Source: Candidatus Aenigmatarchaeota archaeon (lineage in GTDB: Archaea > Aenigmatarchaeota > Aenigmatarchaeia > GW2011-AR5 > JAGGXF01). Taken from it: a stretch of 21,403 nucleotides of DNA. The stretch spans positions 21,444-42,846 of the forward strand of contig JAOZPR010000001.1 of the NCBI GenBank assembly GCA_029932645.1, in the 5' to 3' direction. Shown here piece after piece: positions 8,816-16,828 of the stretch. Both the position numbers and the translations under genes were made by a program. The notes beneath the pieces are model-generated. The model ran no database searches. It worked only from the letters and a program-made list of their open reading frames with translations, and was not told where the DNA came from. Within the stretch, counting starts at the first letter, position 1. Each line of letters opens with the position of its first letter.

Positions 8816-9268
8816 TCATTGTTTGGTGTGGGCCTTGTACACAGAATAAGCAGCTTTAATCTCTCCCTTCAATCCTGGTATGAATTCAAGCTCAGCTAGC
8901 TTATCTATTGCCAAGAATTTCCACTCGGTGTGCTCCTTGCTTATCTGCGGCTCTTTTCCATTAACAAACCCGATGACTTTGCAGGCGAACCTGAGGCCTG
9001 GTATTTTCTTTTGTTCCGAGTCCGGCGTCAAAATTTCATATGTGCCAAAAGATGCTATTGGCTCTATGATTACACCGAGCTCTTCTTTGAGTTGTCTCTT
9101 GACCGCTTCTTCAAAGTTCTCTCCTGTTTCAACTTGCCCACCACCGCATGCCCAAAGACCAGGATAAAGTTCTCTTGTTGCGGCCCGCTTGGCGATGAGA
9201 ACCTTGTCATCCATAAAGCATATGCCAGCAACGTGAACCTCTATTTTATGTATTTTTTCTTCTCTCAT
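8816..9268 (-). CDS. Nudix hydrolase with variant Nudix box
   Basis: GGQVETGENFEEAVKRQLKEELG fits GX5EX7REUXEEXG except for RQ in place of RE; GGTGA SD. Confidence 0.88.
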   Translation of the reverse strand: MREEKIHKIEVHVAGICFMDDKVLIAKRAATRELYPGLWACGGGQVETGENFEEAVKRQLKEELGVIIEPIASFGTYEILTPDSEQKKIPGLRFACKVIGFVNGKEPQISKEHTEWKFLAIDKLAELEFIPGLKGEIKAAYSVYKAHTKQ

Positions 9269-9309
9269 TAGCTCACCATAATATTTAATTATATGAAATT
9301 TAATATATA

Positions 9310-9357
9310 TAACATTTAAATACTTATGTTAATATTATATTAATACGGTGTTAATAT
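9310..9357 (+). promoter_or_regulatory. Candidate promoter/operator of the toxin-antitoxin operon
   Basis: TTTAAATA TATA-like box overlapping the inverted repeat TAACAT(9310-9315)/ATGTTA(9326-9331); palindrome TTAATAT-T-ATATTAA (9329-9343); direct repeat TGTTAATAT at 9327 and 9349. Confidence 0.45.
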
Positions 9358-9589
9358 GGTGAAAGCAATAATTGATATAACCCAAAGAGCCAACAGAGTA
9401 ATCAACATAGTTAAAGCAAAATATGATTTGAGAGACAAGTCAGAAGCCATAAATAGGATGGCTAAAGAGTTCGAGGCGTTTATTCTAGAACCGGGTTTAA
9501 GTCCTGAATTCATTAAAAAGATGGAAAAAGTGAAAACCGAAAAAACTATCAGAGTAAAAAACTTTGCTAAGAGATACGGAATTGATTAA
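9356..9589 (+). CDS. Putative antitoxin (DUF2683-like, ribbon-helix-helix-like)
   Basis: 77 aa; N-terminal MVKAIIDI..ANRVINIVKAKYDL..KSEAIN; ends 2 bp upstream of a RelE-like gene. Confidence 0.75.
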   Translation: MVKAIIDITQRANRVINIVKAKYDLRDKSEAINRMAKEFEAFILEPGLSPEFIKKMEKVKTEKTIRVKNFAKRYGID

Positions 9590-9591
9590 AG

Positions 9592-9858
9592 ATGTACTCT
9601 TTGGCGATTAAAAAACACGTTGATAGTATTTTTTCCAAACTTTCTAGGAAAAAATCAAGACAACTTATTATAATCAATAAAAAAATCTGTCAGATTCTGA
9701 AAAATCCGTATCATTTTAAGCCTCTAAGGGCTCCGCTACAACATCTAAGAAGAGTTCATGTTGATAAATCATTTGTGCTGGTTTATGCTATTGATGAGAA
9801 AAGAAAAACTGTTATCATCTGGGACTATAAACATCATGATAAAATTTATAAGAAATGA
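9592..9858 (+). CDS. RelE/ParE-superfamily (YafQ/RelE-like) toxin
   Basis: 88 aa, basic; KPLRAPLQHLRRVHV, FVLVY, HHDKIY C-terminus. Confidence 0.85.
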   Translation: MYSLAIKKHVDSIFSKLSRKKSRQLIIINKKICQILKNPYHFKPLRAPLQHLRRVHVDKSFVLVYAIDEKRKTVIIWDYKHHDKIYKK

Positions 9859-9874
9859 TTTCACTTTACTGGCA

Positions 9875-11233
9875 TCACTTTTTCTTTATAACTCCTTTTT
9901 TAATTGTTTTTCCGATTCTCGGTGGCGTGTCTTTTTTCTTTCTGGGTTTTTTGCGCGTTGTCTTCTTTCTTCCGATTCCCAGCTTTTTCATCTTGCGGAA
10001 TGGATACGTAACCGGGTTCTTAATATTTTTGCACAGGTCGTCTTTATTGCAACAGAACCCGTAGAATTGTTCGTTGGTGCAGTTCGCGGGCAGGCGCTGC
10101 TTTTGCTGCTGGTTCCACCGCAACTGACCAATAATTATATTATCGGGCAACGGCGGATTGTTTTTCTTGTTCCACTCCCAGAGCCTTTGCTCTATGTCAG
10201 ACCAGGACCAGTTCATCATTCTCATAAAGCTTATTAGTGTGAATAAGGATCTCTTGCGTCCGTCTGGCAGGCCGCTAAGAATGAATTTTATGCACGGCGG
10301 AAACAGCTTTTCGCCAACCTTCCTCTCCCAATTAATTCTCTGTTTCTTCTCCGGCTTCTTTTCCTCTTTTTTCTGCGATGCATACCAGTCCAGCGCCTCT
10401 GTTAGCAGGTCCAGAGCTTCGTTTTCTTCAGCTGGCTTGATAAATGTTTTTTTCCTGCGCTTCAAGACCGCTGACGGTGTGGCATCGTCTGGCTTGAACT
10501 GGTCAAGCTCGCCTTCGCTCAGTGGCACAGAAACCAGCCAAGTCTTGTCATTGAAAGAATACGGCATCCTGAAAAGGTGGCGTGCACCCCAGTCCTTTTC
10601 AACCTCAACAAAATAATATGGACTCATTTGCACAGGCGGCTCCTCAAGTACCTCCAGAAGCTGCTTTGCTCCCTTACTTTTGATAAGCTCTCTCATGAGT
10701 CCGTCTGCTATGCTCTCTCTAATGAATAAAGCAATAATCCTCGGGTAAAGCGGATACTGCTTGCTAACGCGTTGAAAGTTTATCTCCTTTGGGAAGGCCT
10801 CCCATGGGACACATATATGGAATCCACGGCGGCCAGAAAACTTCAGACCATAGTTCTTTATACCATACCTTCTCAAAAACTTGCATATCGCCTTTGCAGT
10901 CAGGCGCGCCTCGTCTATTCCGACCTTTGAATCTATGTCCAGAACAAAATCCCAGCCGACACGCAGTCTATCTTGATTGTCTTGACTTATACTCATCGGG
11001 CTAGACCATCGCTCAACAGAAGCGTGAAAAGAGACAACACCCTTTCTTACCATCTGCTTGATGTCATCCTGATACTGAAGTATGTTTGGCCTTCTGTCAT
11101 AAGAACCGTCATGAAAAGCGCCCACAACCTCTCTGCCTTCGGCTACAGCTAGCAATTGTTCCAGAACCTCAGGATTAGAATAATAAAGTAAAATATCTAC
11201 TTTGCTCAGCTGCTTGTAGTTCATGTTATTCAT
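9875..11233 (-). CDS. Fused PriS-PriL DNA primase
   Basis: AEP motifs WDFVLDID, FSGRRGFH and RHLFRMPYS, followed by a PriL C-terminal-like Cys domain (FPPCI..GRKR..PANC..CC..C..NPVTY) and a basic tail. Start 11233 or 11224. Confidence 0.9.
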   Translation of the reverse strand: MNNMNYKQLSKVDILLYYSNPEVLEQLLAVAEGREVVGAFHDGSYDRRPNILQYQDDIKQMVRKGVVSFHASVERWSSPMSISQDNQDRLRVGWDFVLDIDSKVGIDEARLTAKAICKFLRRYGIKNYGLKFSGRRGFHICVPWEAFPKEINFQRVSKQYPLYPRIIALFIRESIADGLMRELIKSKGAKQLLEVLEEPPVQMSPYYFVEVEKDWGARHLFRMPYSFNDKTWLVSVPLSEGELDQFKPDDATPSAVLKRRKKTFIKPAEENEALDLLTEALDWYASQKKEEKKPEKKQRINWERKVGEKLFPPCIKFILSGLPDGRKRSLFTLISFMRMMNWSWSDIEQRLWEWNKKNNPPLPDNIIIGQLRWNQQQKQRLPANCTNEQFYGFCCNKDDLCKNIKNPVTYPFRKMKKLGIGRKKTTRKKPRKKKDTPPRIGKTIKKGVIKKK

Positions 11234-11307
11234 AGGTATAGAAATGTTTTTATTTAATCAAAAGGGTGAATAAATGCTTGGGAATAAATACTTGGGACAG
11301 AAAAGGT

Positions 11308-11898
11308 TTAAATCGTTTCGAAATCTTCGAGTTTTAGTTTGGCAGCATCTACATCCTGCCCGCGCTCTTTGAGAACCTGCTTTGCAAGGATGTAATATAT
11401 CAGCCCAAGTGATTTCTTACCCTTGTTGTTGCAAGGTATTACAAGATCTATGAAAGATGTCTGGTTGAATGTATCGCATAAAGCTACTATTGGTATTCTA
11501 ATCTTAACCGCTTCTCTCATCGCCTGCTTATCCACAGCAGGATCTGTGACAATGATTATATCTGGTTCGAAAAAGTTCTTAAAATTCGGGTTTGTTAGAG
11601 AGCCCGGCATAAACCTTCCTATAATAGCACGGCCACCCACAGCCTTTACAAAGGCTTCGACAGGTTTTTTTCCGTTCTCTTTTCTGGAAACAGCTAAAAT
11701 CTTTTTTGACCTAGCAAGCATATTAGCAGCTGCGTGCACGTGCTTGTCCAGAAGACCAATATTCAGCACCGCAAGGCCGTTAGGCCTTATTTTGTAGATA
11801 AAACGTCGCATATCTGCCGTCTTGAATGTCATACCTATATGTGCGCCTGCCTTCAGGTATTGTTCCCTTGGCATCATCATATCTTTTTCTTTTGTCAT
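11308..11898 (-). CDS. rps2: 30S ribosomal protein uS2
   Basis: YLKAGAHIG, GRFMPGSLTNP, DLVIPCNNKG. Confidence 0.96.
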   Translation of the reverse strand: MTKEKDMMMPREQYLKAGAHIGMTFKTADMRRFIYKIRPNGLAVLNIGLLDKHVHAAANMLARSKKILAVSRKENGKKPVEAFVKAVGGRAIIGRFMPGSLTNPNFKNFFEPDIIIVTDPAVDKQAMREAVKIRIPIVALCDTFNQTSFIDLVIPCNNKGKKSLGLIYYILAKQVLKERGQDVDAAKLKLEDFETI

Positions 11899-11995
11899 AC
11901 AATCATGTCCATAAGTTACCTAACTTGACATTTAACACGTTTAACTCAAATGAATTTATTAGAAATCTTTTTAAACATTCTTCTGTCTGAAAACA

Positions 11996-13120
11996 CTATC
12001 TGAAAACAATCTCGGGGTTTTTTGCCTTGTCCCACAAACGCAGGAACTCATTGAGCTTTGATAATCTCATGCCGGCCGTGCCAAACTTTGCCAGAGGCAC
12101 GAACTGGGCGAGCTTTGACACAACGCCGCAGCATGTCTCGCCACTCCTGTGCGAGACAACAGGTGTTATGTTGTTTTTCTTGGCCATTTCTATTAGTTGC
12201 AGGCAGTCTGTCACCGTACCTATCTGGTTCGGCTTTACAATGACACCACTCATCGCTTTTTGTTTTATAGCCTTTTCCAGTCGTTTGGGATTAGACGCTA
12301 TTATATCGTCTCCTGTTATTATAACATGTTTCAGTTTTTTTGTTACCTCTGCAAAACCATCAAAATCTGTCTGCTCGAACGGGTCCTCTATGAAATAAAG
12401 GTTATATTTCTTGGCGAGCTCCACAACATACTCCACCTGCTCCCCTGAACTCAGCTGCTTGTCATAGTAAATATATTTTCCGCTTTTTTCATCCCAGAAT
12501 GAGGTTGCTGCCATGTCCAGACCAACCAATGCGCGGTCGCCGACAACATCTGTTATTATATCCAGCGCCTGCTCATCTGTAACCTCAGCAGACCAGCCAG
12601 ATTCATAATCAAGGCCGACATGACCGATTTTCATAAGCCTCTGCTTTACCTCTTTCCATATATCAAAATTAGACTTCAGAACATCCCACATAGTTTCTGC
12701 CCCAGGAGTCACTCTGGTTGTTATTAAAAATTCCTGTATCGCTGTTTTCTTGGCGCCGGCATGTTCTCCGCCGCCAATAAGCTTTGCAAGTATGTTTGGG
12801 AACGTGTTTCTGACCGGGCTAGATGAAAAAAACGCAAGCGATATAGCTGTTGTGGCTTGTGCGCCGAGCTCTGCCATATGCTTATTGAGAATTTCATCTA
12901 AGCTGGCCTGTGTAAAATCACCCAGAAACTCATTTTTTATGCCAGAGAAGTTTTTTATCGCAGCATCCGGTGACACCGCACCCTGAGCAAATTTGCTAAC
13001 ACTTGTGCCACCAGCAGCACTCGCTCTGTAAACTTTTTGGTCGCTAAAAACAGTTGCCTCTATAGTCTCATGACCCACAGAATCGAATATCTTTATGAGT
13101 TTAATATCTTGGATTAACAT
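11996..13120 (-). CDS. eno: Enolase (compact, divergent)
   Basis: GGEHA, IQEF, LDMAA, IEDPF, GDD, VKPNQIG, SHRSGET; usual position between rpoK and rps2. Confidence 0.88.
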   Translation of the reverse strand: MLIQDIKLIKIFDSVGHETIEATVFSDQKVYRASAAGGTSVSKFAQGAVSPDAAIKNFSGIKNEFLGDFTQASLDEILNKHMAELGAQATTAISLAFFSSSPVRNTFPNILAKLIGGGEHAGAKKTAIQEFLITTRVTPGAETMWDVLKSNFDIWKEVKQRLMKIGHVGLDYESGWSAEVTDEQALDIITDVVGDRALVGLDMAATSFWDEKSGKYIYYDKQLSSGEQVEYVVELAKKYNLYFIEDPFEQTDFDGFAEVTKKLKHVIITGDDIIASNPKRLEKAIKQKAMSGVIVKPNQIGTVTDCLQLIEMAKKNNITPVVSHRSGETCCGVVSKLAQFVPLAKFGTAGMRLSKLNEFLRLWDKAKNPEIVFR

Positions 13121-13259
13121 AGAATAACTATATCTAAGCAGGCATATAAAATTAACTCAAAGAAAAAAAGAAATAAAGCCACAGTTAACTCGGTCAGGAC
13201 AACGACACTTCTTATGCTCTTTTGTGTTTTTAGATCCTGTCTCTATTATCGAACTCGTC

Positions 13260-13376
13260 TTATTCTTCAAATTCGTCTTCATCTTCTAAGTCGTCTTCGT
13301 CGAAGTCGTCTTCATCCTCGAAATCTTCATCGTCTTCTATTTTAATATCATCAATATCATCAAAATCTTCAGCCAT
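13260..13376 (-). CDS. Hyperacidic microprotein (38 aa; not in ORF track)
   Basis: MAEDFDDIDDIKIEDDEDFEDEDDFDEDDLEDEDEFEE; GGTGGT SD a few nt before the ATG; mixed synonymous codons (GAT/GAC, GAA/GAG, TTT/TTC). Confidence 0.72.
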   Translation of the reverse strand: MAEDFDDIDDIKIEDDEDFEDEDDFDEDDLEDEDEFEE

Positions 13377-13528
13377 CCAAACCACCAAAAACCATCAGCT
13401 GCTTGATTAGCATTTAAAAGAGGAAAAAGTATTAATAGTTATCGTTAGAGCCAACTACAGCCCTTATAACAAAACTAAGAACAAAATTAAGAAGCAAATT
13501 AAGAAAATACACTCAAGAAACTGCAAAA

Positions 13529-13720
13529 TTAACGCTTTTCTGGCATACGCCTTCTGACAGTTATTGGAAGCACACCCTTTTCAAACTCTAGTTTGGATAT
13601 TTCGGCCGGGTCGCCTATCTTTGTTTTAACCAGTATGGGCGCGCCCATGGCTATTTGAAGAGCCCGCGCAGAAATAATCCGCGTCCGTTCGAATCTTGTG
13701 TAGTCCTCTTGATTGACCAT
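13529..13720 (-). CDS. rpo6: RNA polymerase subunit Rpo6 (RpoK)
   Basis: [32 protein letters not shown] at 13720 preferred. Confidence 0.95.
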   Translation of the reverse strand: MVNQEDYTRFERTRIISARALQIAMGAPILVKTKIGDPAEISKLEFEKGVLPITVRRRMPEKR

Positions 13721-13872
13721 ATCATCGCCAGGAATATCCAATCTTATACATCCAAGTTTATTACAGATGTCTAGAGTATAATAGATTACAATAGAAATAT
13801 TTAAAAGTGTTTATCTACCAGCATGCACGACCGTCTCTCTGATGCATAGCCATTTTTTACTAAGACCACAGT

Positions 13873-14655
13873 CTATCCAATGTATTGTGTCTGCGTTTTC
13901 TGCTGCTTTTTTCCGATTATTTGTGAAAGCATCTTTCTGTGTATTTCCTCTGTCTTCTTTATTGACTTCTCCATCTCTTTGACGCTTTTCTCCAGCCTCA
14001 CCATATTCACCTTGACACCTATTATCTTAGTAACGATACGCAAAACAGCCTCTGCCGCCTTTGGGTCAGTGAGCAGGAATGGAAATCCTACTGTCTCGCC
14101 CATAAGACAAAGACCGTCTATATCTTCTGCTCTACCCAAGCCGAGCAAAAGACCACTGGCGCCAACGATTGTTCCTATATTGTGTTTTCCAGAAAAGTCT
14201 ATGTCATATTTTTTATACTTCTCTATAAGTTCGGGCGAACTGACAGCACCAACAACCCTTGGTTTTTCAGGGGATTTACCAGAGGCGAACCCGCCAAGCG
14301 TTATAATCTCCTTGATTTTCAGCTCCTGGCAAAGTTTTATTACTTCACCGCAGACTTCATAGTGGCCATGCGGCGTTATGCTCTGGCTGTCTCCTGTTAA
14401 AATCACTATGTCCCTTGTCTTGCCCTTGTAAAGATAAAACTCCATGTTCAGCATATGCACAAGCGAGTCTGGCTGAAGAACGACCAGAGGAAGAAAATCT
14501 GGAGAATAGAGCGTTGCAAATTTTTTCGCCTTGAGCTCGTAAATCAGGTAACCGGCAGCAACACGACCAACATTACCAACACCCGGCAAACCCTCTATCA
14601 AAATCGGCTTCCGCAACTTTGGCTTCTTAGCCATTTTAATTTTCGTCTGATGCAA
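13873..14655 (-). CDS. PAC2-family proteasome assembly chaperone homolog
   Basis: LIEGLPGVGNVG, ITLGG, IVGASGLLLG, CLMGET, DPKAA; TTG start after AGGTGA; usual position after nop10. Confidence 0.92.
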   Translation of the reverse strand: MHQTKIKMAKKPKLRKPILIEGLPGVGNVGRVAAGYLIYELKAKKFATLYSPDFLPLVVLQPDSLVHMLNMEFYLYKGKTRDIVILTGDSQSITPHGHYEVCGEVIKLCQELKIKEIITLGGFASGKSPEKPRVVGAVSSPELIEKYKKYDIDFSGKHNIGTIVGASGLLLGLGRAEDIDGLCLMGETVGFPFLLTDPKAAEAVLRIVTKIIGVKVNMVRLEKSVKEMEKSIKKTEEIHRKMLSQIIGKKQQKTQTQYIG

Positions 14656-14762
14656 ATTATCACCTATAATAAGATAGCGGCACTGGTATATAAAAATTAT
14701 TGTCCTCTTGGGAAGCGGGGAGACTCGGCTGGTAATATATATTATTTAAATAAATTATTTAA

Positions 14763-14921
14763 TCATGTTTCGCGTCCCATCTTCGCCTTCTGGCGGTATT
14801 TGGCGTACTTATCAACTATTGAGAACTTAGGCGGATGCGGCGTGCGTGTTTCAGAGCCACATTTCTTACACTTGTCGCGCAAAGAATAAGAACCGCATCT
14901 GGGGCATTTTCTGAGTATCAT
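14763..14921 (-). CDS. nop10: H/ACA RNP protein Nop10 (52 aa; not in ORF track)
   Basis: MILRKCPRCGSYSLRDKCKKCGSETRTPHPPKFSIVDKYAKYRQKAKMGRET; GGTGA SD 9 nt upstream. Confidence 0.93.
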   Translation of the reverse strand: MILRKCPRCGSYSLRDKCKKCGSETRTPHPPKFSIVDKYAKYRQKAKMGRET

Positions 14922-14950
14922 TTTCCCATATCACCGCTTTGTTAAGGCAT

Positions 14951-15724
14951 TTACTTAATCCGCTCGAAGCTGACTGCCGCATTAACGCTCTTTCCGAAAT
15001 CACTGACTTTTTCTAAGTTTTCCTGGAAGTCCTTTTCTCCTTTTTTTGCGTCTTTCGTTGTGTATTTGACAAGATACGTTGGTGACGAGATGTAGGAAAC
15101 CGACATGCCCAGATCTTCTGCTTTTTTTAGCGTCTGCTTGACAGCGCCCAAACCGTCTGTGCCGTAGCTCGTGACATCGAGCTTTGCTTTGAATTCAAAT
15201 TCTTTCTGTGTAATATTCTTTTCAGCAACATCTGTTATTGCCTTGACCCATTCGTCTGGTATACCACGTGCCTTTAATTTGTCCGGATTCTTCAGCGCCT
15301 CTTTGAAAGCAGCAAAAAGTGTTCCTAACTCGTCCCTGAGCTTCTGCCCTATTTCTTTATACGCCTGCTCAATGTTCTTTCCAAGCTCCTTGGCAGCAAA
15401 TTCAAGCATTTTCATGGCGCGCTGCTCCAGTTTTTGCTCTCTGAGCTTGTCATGTTCTTGTTTTTTACCAACCCGCTTCAGAGATAAAGAAATATGCCCG
15501 TTCTCCTCGTTAACACGCAAAACCTTTGCAACCACGGTATCTCCAGTTTTAACATATCGTCTGATATCCCTGACCCATCCGCTGGAAACCTCTGATATAT
15601 GTATCATGCCCGTGTGCTCATAATCTTCCAGCTCAGCAAATGCAGAATACGGCCCAACATTGACAACCTTAGCTATAACTAGTTCGCCCTGCCTCGGGAA
15701 GCCCGGCTGTTTTGGCATTTTCAT
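14951..15724 (-). CDS. eif2a: Translation initiation factor aIF2 alpha
   Basis: FPRQGELVIAKV, S1 domain HISEVSSGWVRDIR, ISLSLKRV, YISSPTY. Start 15724 or 15718. Confidence 0.95.
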   Translation of the reverse strand: MKMPKQPGFPRQGELVIAKVVNVGPYSAFAELEDYEHTGMIHISEVSSGWVRDIRRYVKTGDTVVAKVLRVNEENGHISLSLKRVGKKQEHDKLREQKLEQRAMKMLEFAAKELGKNIEQAYKEIGQKLRDELGTLFAAFKEALKNPDKLKARGIPDEWVKAITDVAEKNITQKEFEFKAKLDVTSYGTDGLGAVKQTLKKAEDLGMSVSYISSPTYLVKYTTKDAKKGEKDFQENLEKVSDFGKSVNAAVSFERIK

Positions 15725-15743
15725 TTGGCTCGCCTTTTTACAA

Positions 15744-15914
15744 TTAGTCAAGAACTTCAAGTATGCTGGTCTTTATCTTAGACTTGCCGCCTCTCGTCTC
15801 CAAAAGCTCAGAGTCGCATACGAGACATTTTACAGGCGTTGAAGCCTTGTTAAAGACAATCTGTTCATTCTTGCACTTTTTACATTTGACCTTGAGGAAT
15901 TTACTCGCTTCCAT
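15744..15914 (-). CDS. rps27e: 30S ribosomal protein eS27
   Basis: SKFLKVKCKKCKNEQIVF..VKCLVC..GGK; ATG at 15914 after GGTG. Confidence 0.95.
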   Translation of the reverse strand: MEASKFLKVKCKKCKNEQIVFNKASTPVKCLVCDSELLETRGGKSKIKTSILEVLD

Positions 15915-16102
15915 ATTAAACACCACGTGGTTGTAATCTTGATTATAACCTTTAAAGATTCAAACAAGATTTGAACGATTTAAACAAAAACACGCTAAGC
16001 GTGCTTTAGCATATCTAAATAAAAGGATTAGAATTTAAATACTTTTAGACAGTATTAAATACCGATATTCGTACGTTAAGAAACAAACAAGAGGTGAATA
16101 GC

Positions 16103-16423
16103 ATGGCAGATGAAAAAGTTGAAAAAACTTTGGAAGCTATTGAAATAGCACGAGAGACCGGAAAGATACGCAAAGGTATTAACGAGGTTACAAAAGCTGC
16201 AGAGCGCGGCCTGGCAAAACTCGTGGTTGTTGCTAAAGATGTTGACCCGCCAGAAATAGTAATGCACTTGAAACCGCTTTGTGAGGAAAAAAAGATACCA
16301 CTAGTAGAGGTTCCTAACAAAAGCGAAATCGGCAGGGCAGTGGGCATCGAAGTTTCCTGTGCAGCTGTGGCGATAACAGAACCGGGCGGAAGCCAGAAGA
16401 TAATCAAGGAACTTACTGCATAA
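16103..16423 (+). CDS. rpl7ae: Ribosomal protein L7Ae (eL8)
   Basis: [34 protein letters not shown] before the ATG at 16103. Confidence 0.96.
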   Translation: MADEKVEKTLEAIEIARETGKIRKGINEVTKAAERGLAKLVVVAKDVDPPEIVMHLKPLCEEKKIPLVEVPNKSEIGRAVGIEVSCAAVAITEPGGSQKIIKELTA

Positions 16424-16443
16424 GCATCTGTACGAGCGACGTG

Positions 16444-16492
16444 GTTTATAAAAAAGTTTATAAAAAATATAAAAAACTATAAAAAAACTATA
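16444..16492. repeat. Degenerate tandem array of TATAAAAAA units
   Basis: 2 x GTTTATAAAAAA followed by TATAAAAAAC and TATAAAAAAAC. Confidence 0.8.
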
Positions 16493-16601
16493 CTCAGCCT
16501 ATAGATAAGAATAAAAGACAGAAATAAAACCATATCTGAAGACTTAGAATATAATAATTATAATAATTAGATATTAGAGATGAGAAAAAGAAGGTGAAAA
16601 A

Positions 16602-16811
16602 ATGGCAGAAGGTGTTCCTGCTGAAGTCATCCAAGTTCTGGGAAGGACCGGAAATCGTGGAGTTATTAAAGCCAGATGCAAGGTCCTAGAAGGAAGAGAT
16701 GTAGGAAAAATATTAATCAGAAATATTATGGGCCCATTAAAAATCGGGGACATACTGATGTTGATGGAAACGGAAATAGAGTCAGTGGGCGGCTTTGGTA
16801 AGAGAAGGTAG
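16602..16811 (+). CDS. rps28e: 30S ribosomal protein eS28
   Basis: [35 protein letters not shown]. Confidence 0.95.
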   Translation: MAEGVPAEVIQVLGRTGNRGVIKARCKVLEGRDVGKILIRNIMGPLKIGDILMLMETEIESVGGFGKRR

Positions 16812-16828
16812 GTAAGAAGGTAGATCAT

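Noticed and set aside
14674..14733. 5S rRNA-like words (ATAGCGGC ... CCTCTTGGGAA)
   Set aside because: Spacing is far too short and the intervening sequence is AT-rich; it cannot form the 5S fold.
14918..14929. Mini-ORF ATG GGA AAA TGA overlapping the nop10 start, or a frameshifted nop10
   Set aside because: SD spacing fits the ATG at 14921 and Nop10 is complete from there.
16040..16102. K-turn autoregulatory element in the L7Ae 5' UTR
   Set aside because: I could not build a convincing stem with tandem G-A pairs by eye.
15927..16600. Replication origin at the coding-strand switch with AT-rich repeats
   Set aside because: No ORB-like G-string repeats and no cdc6/orc1 nearby; divergent promoters and local duplications explain it.
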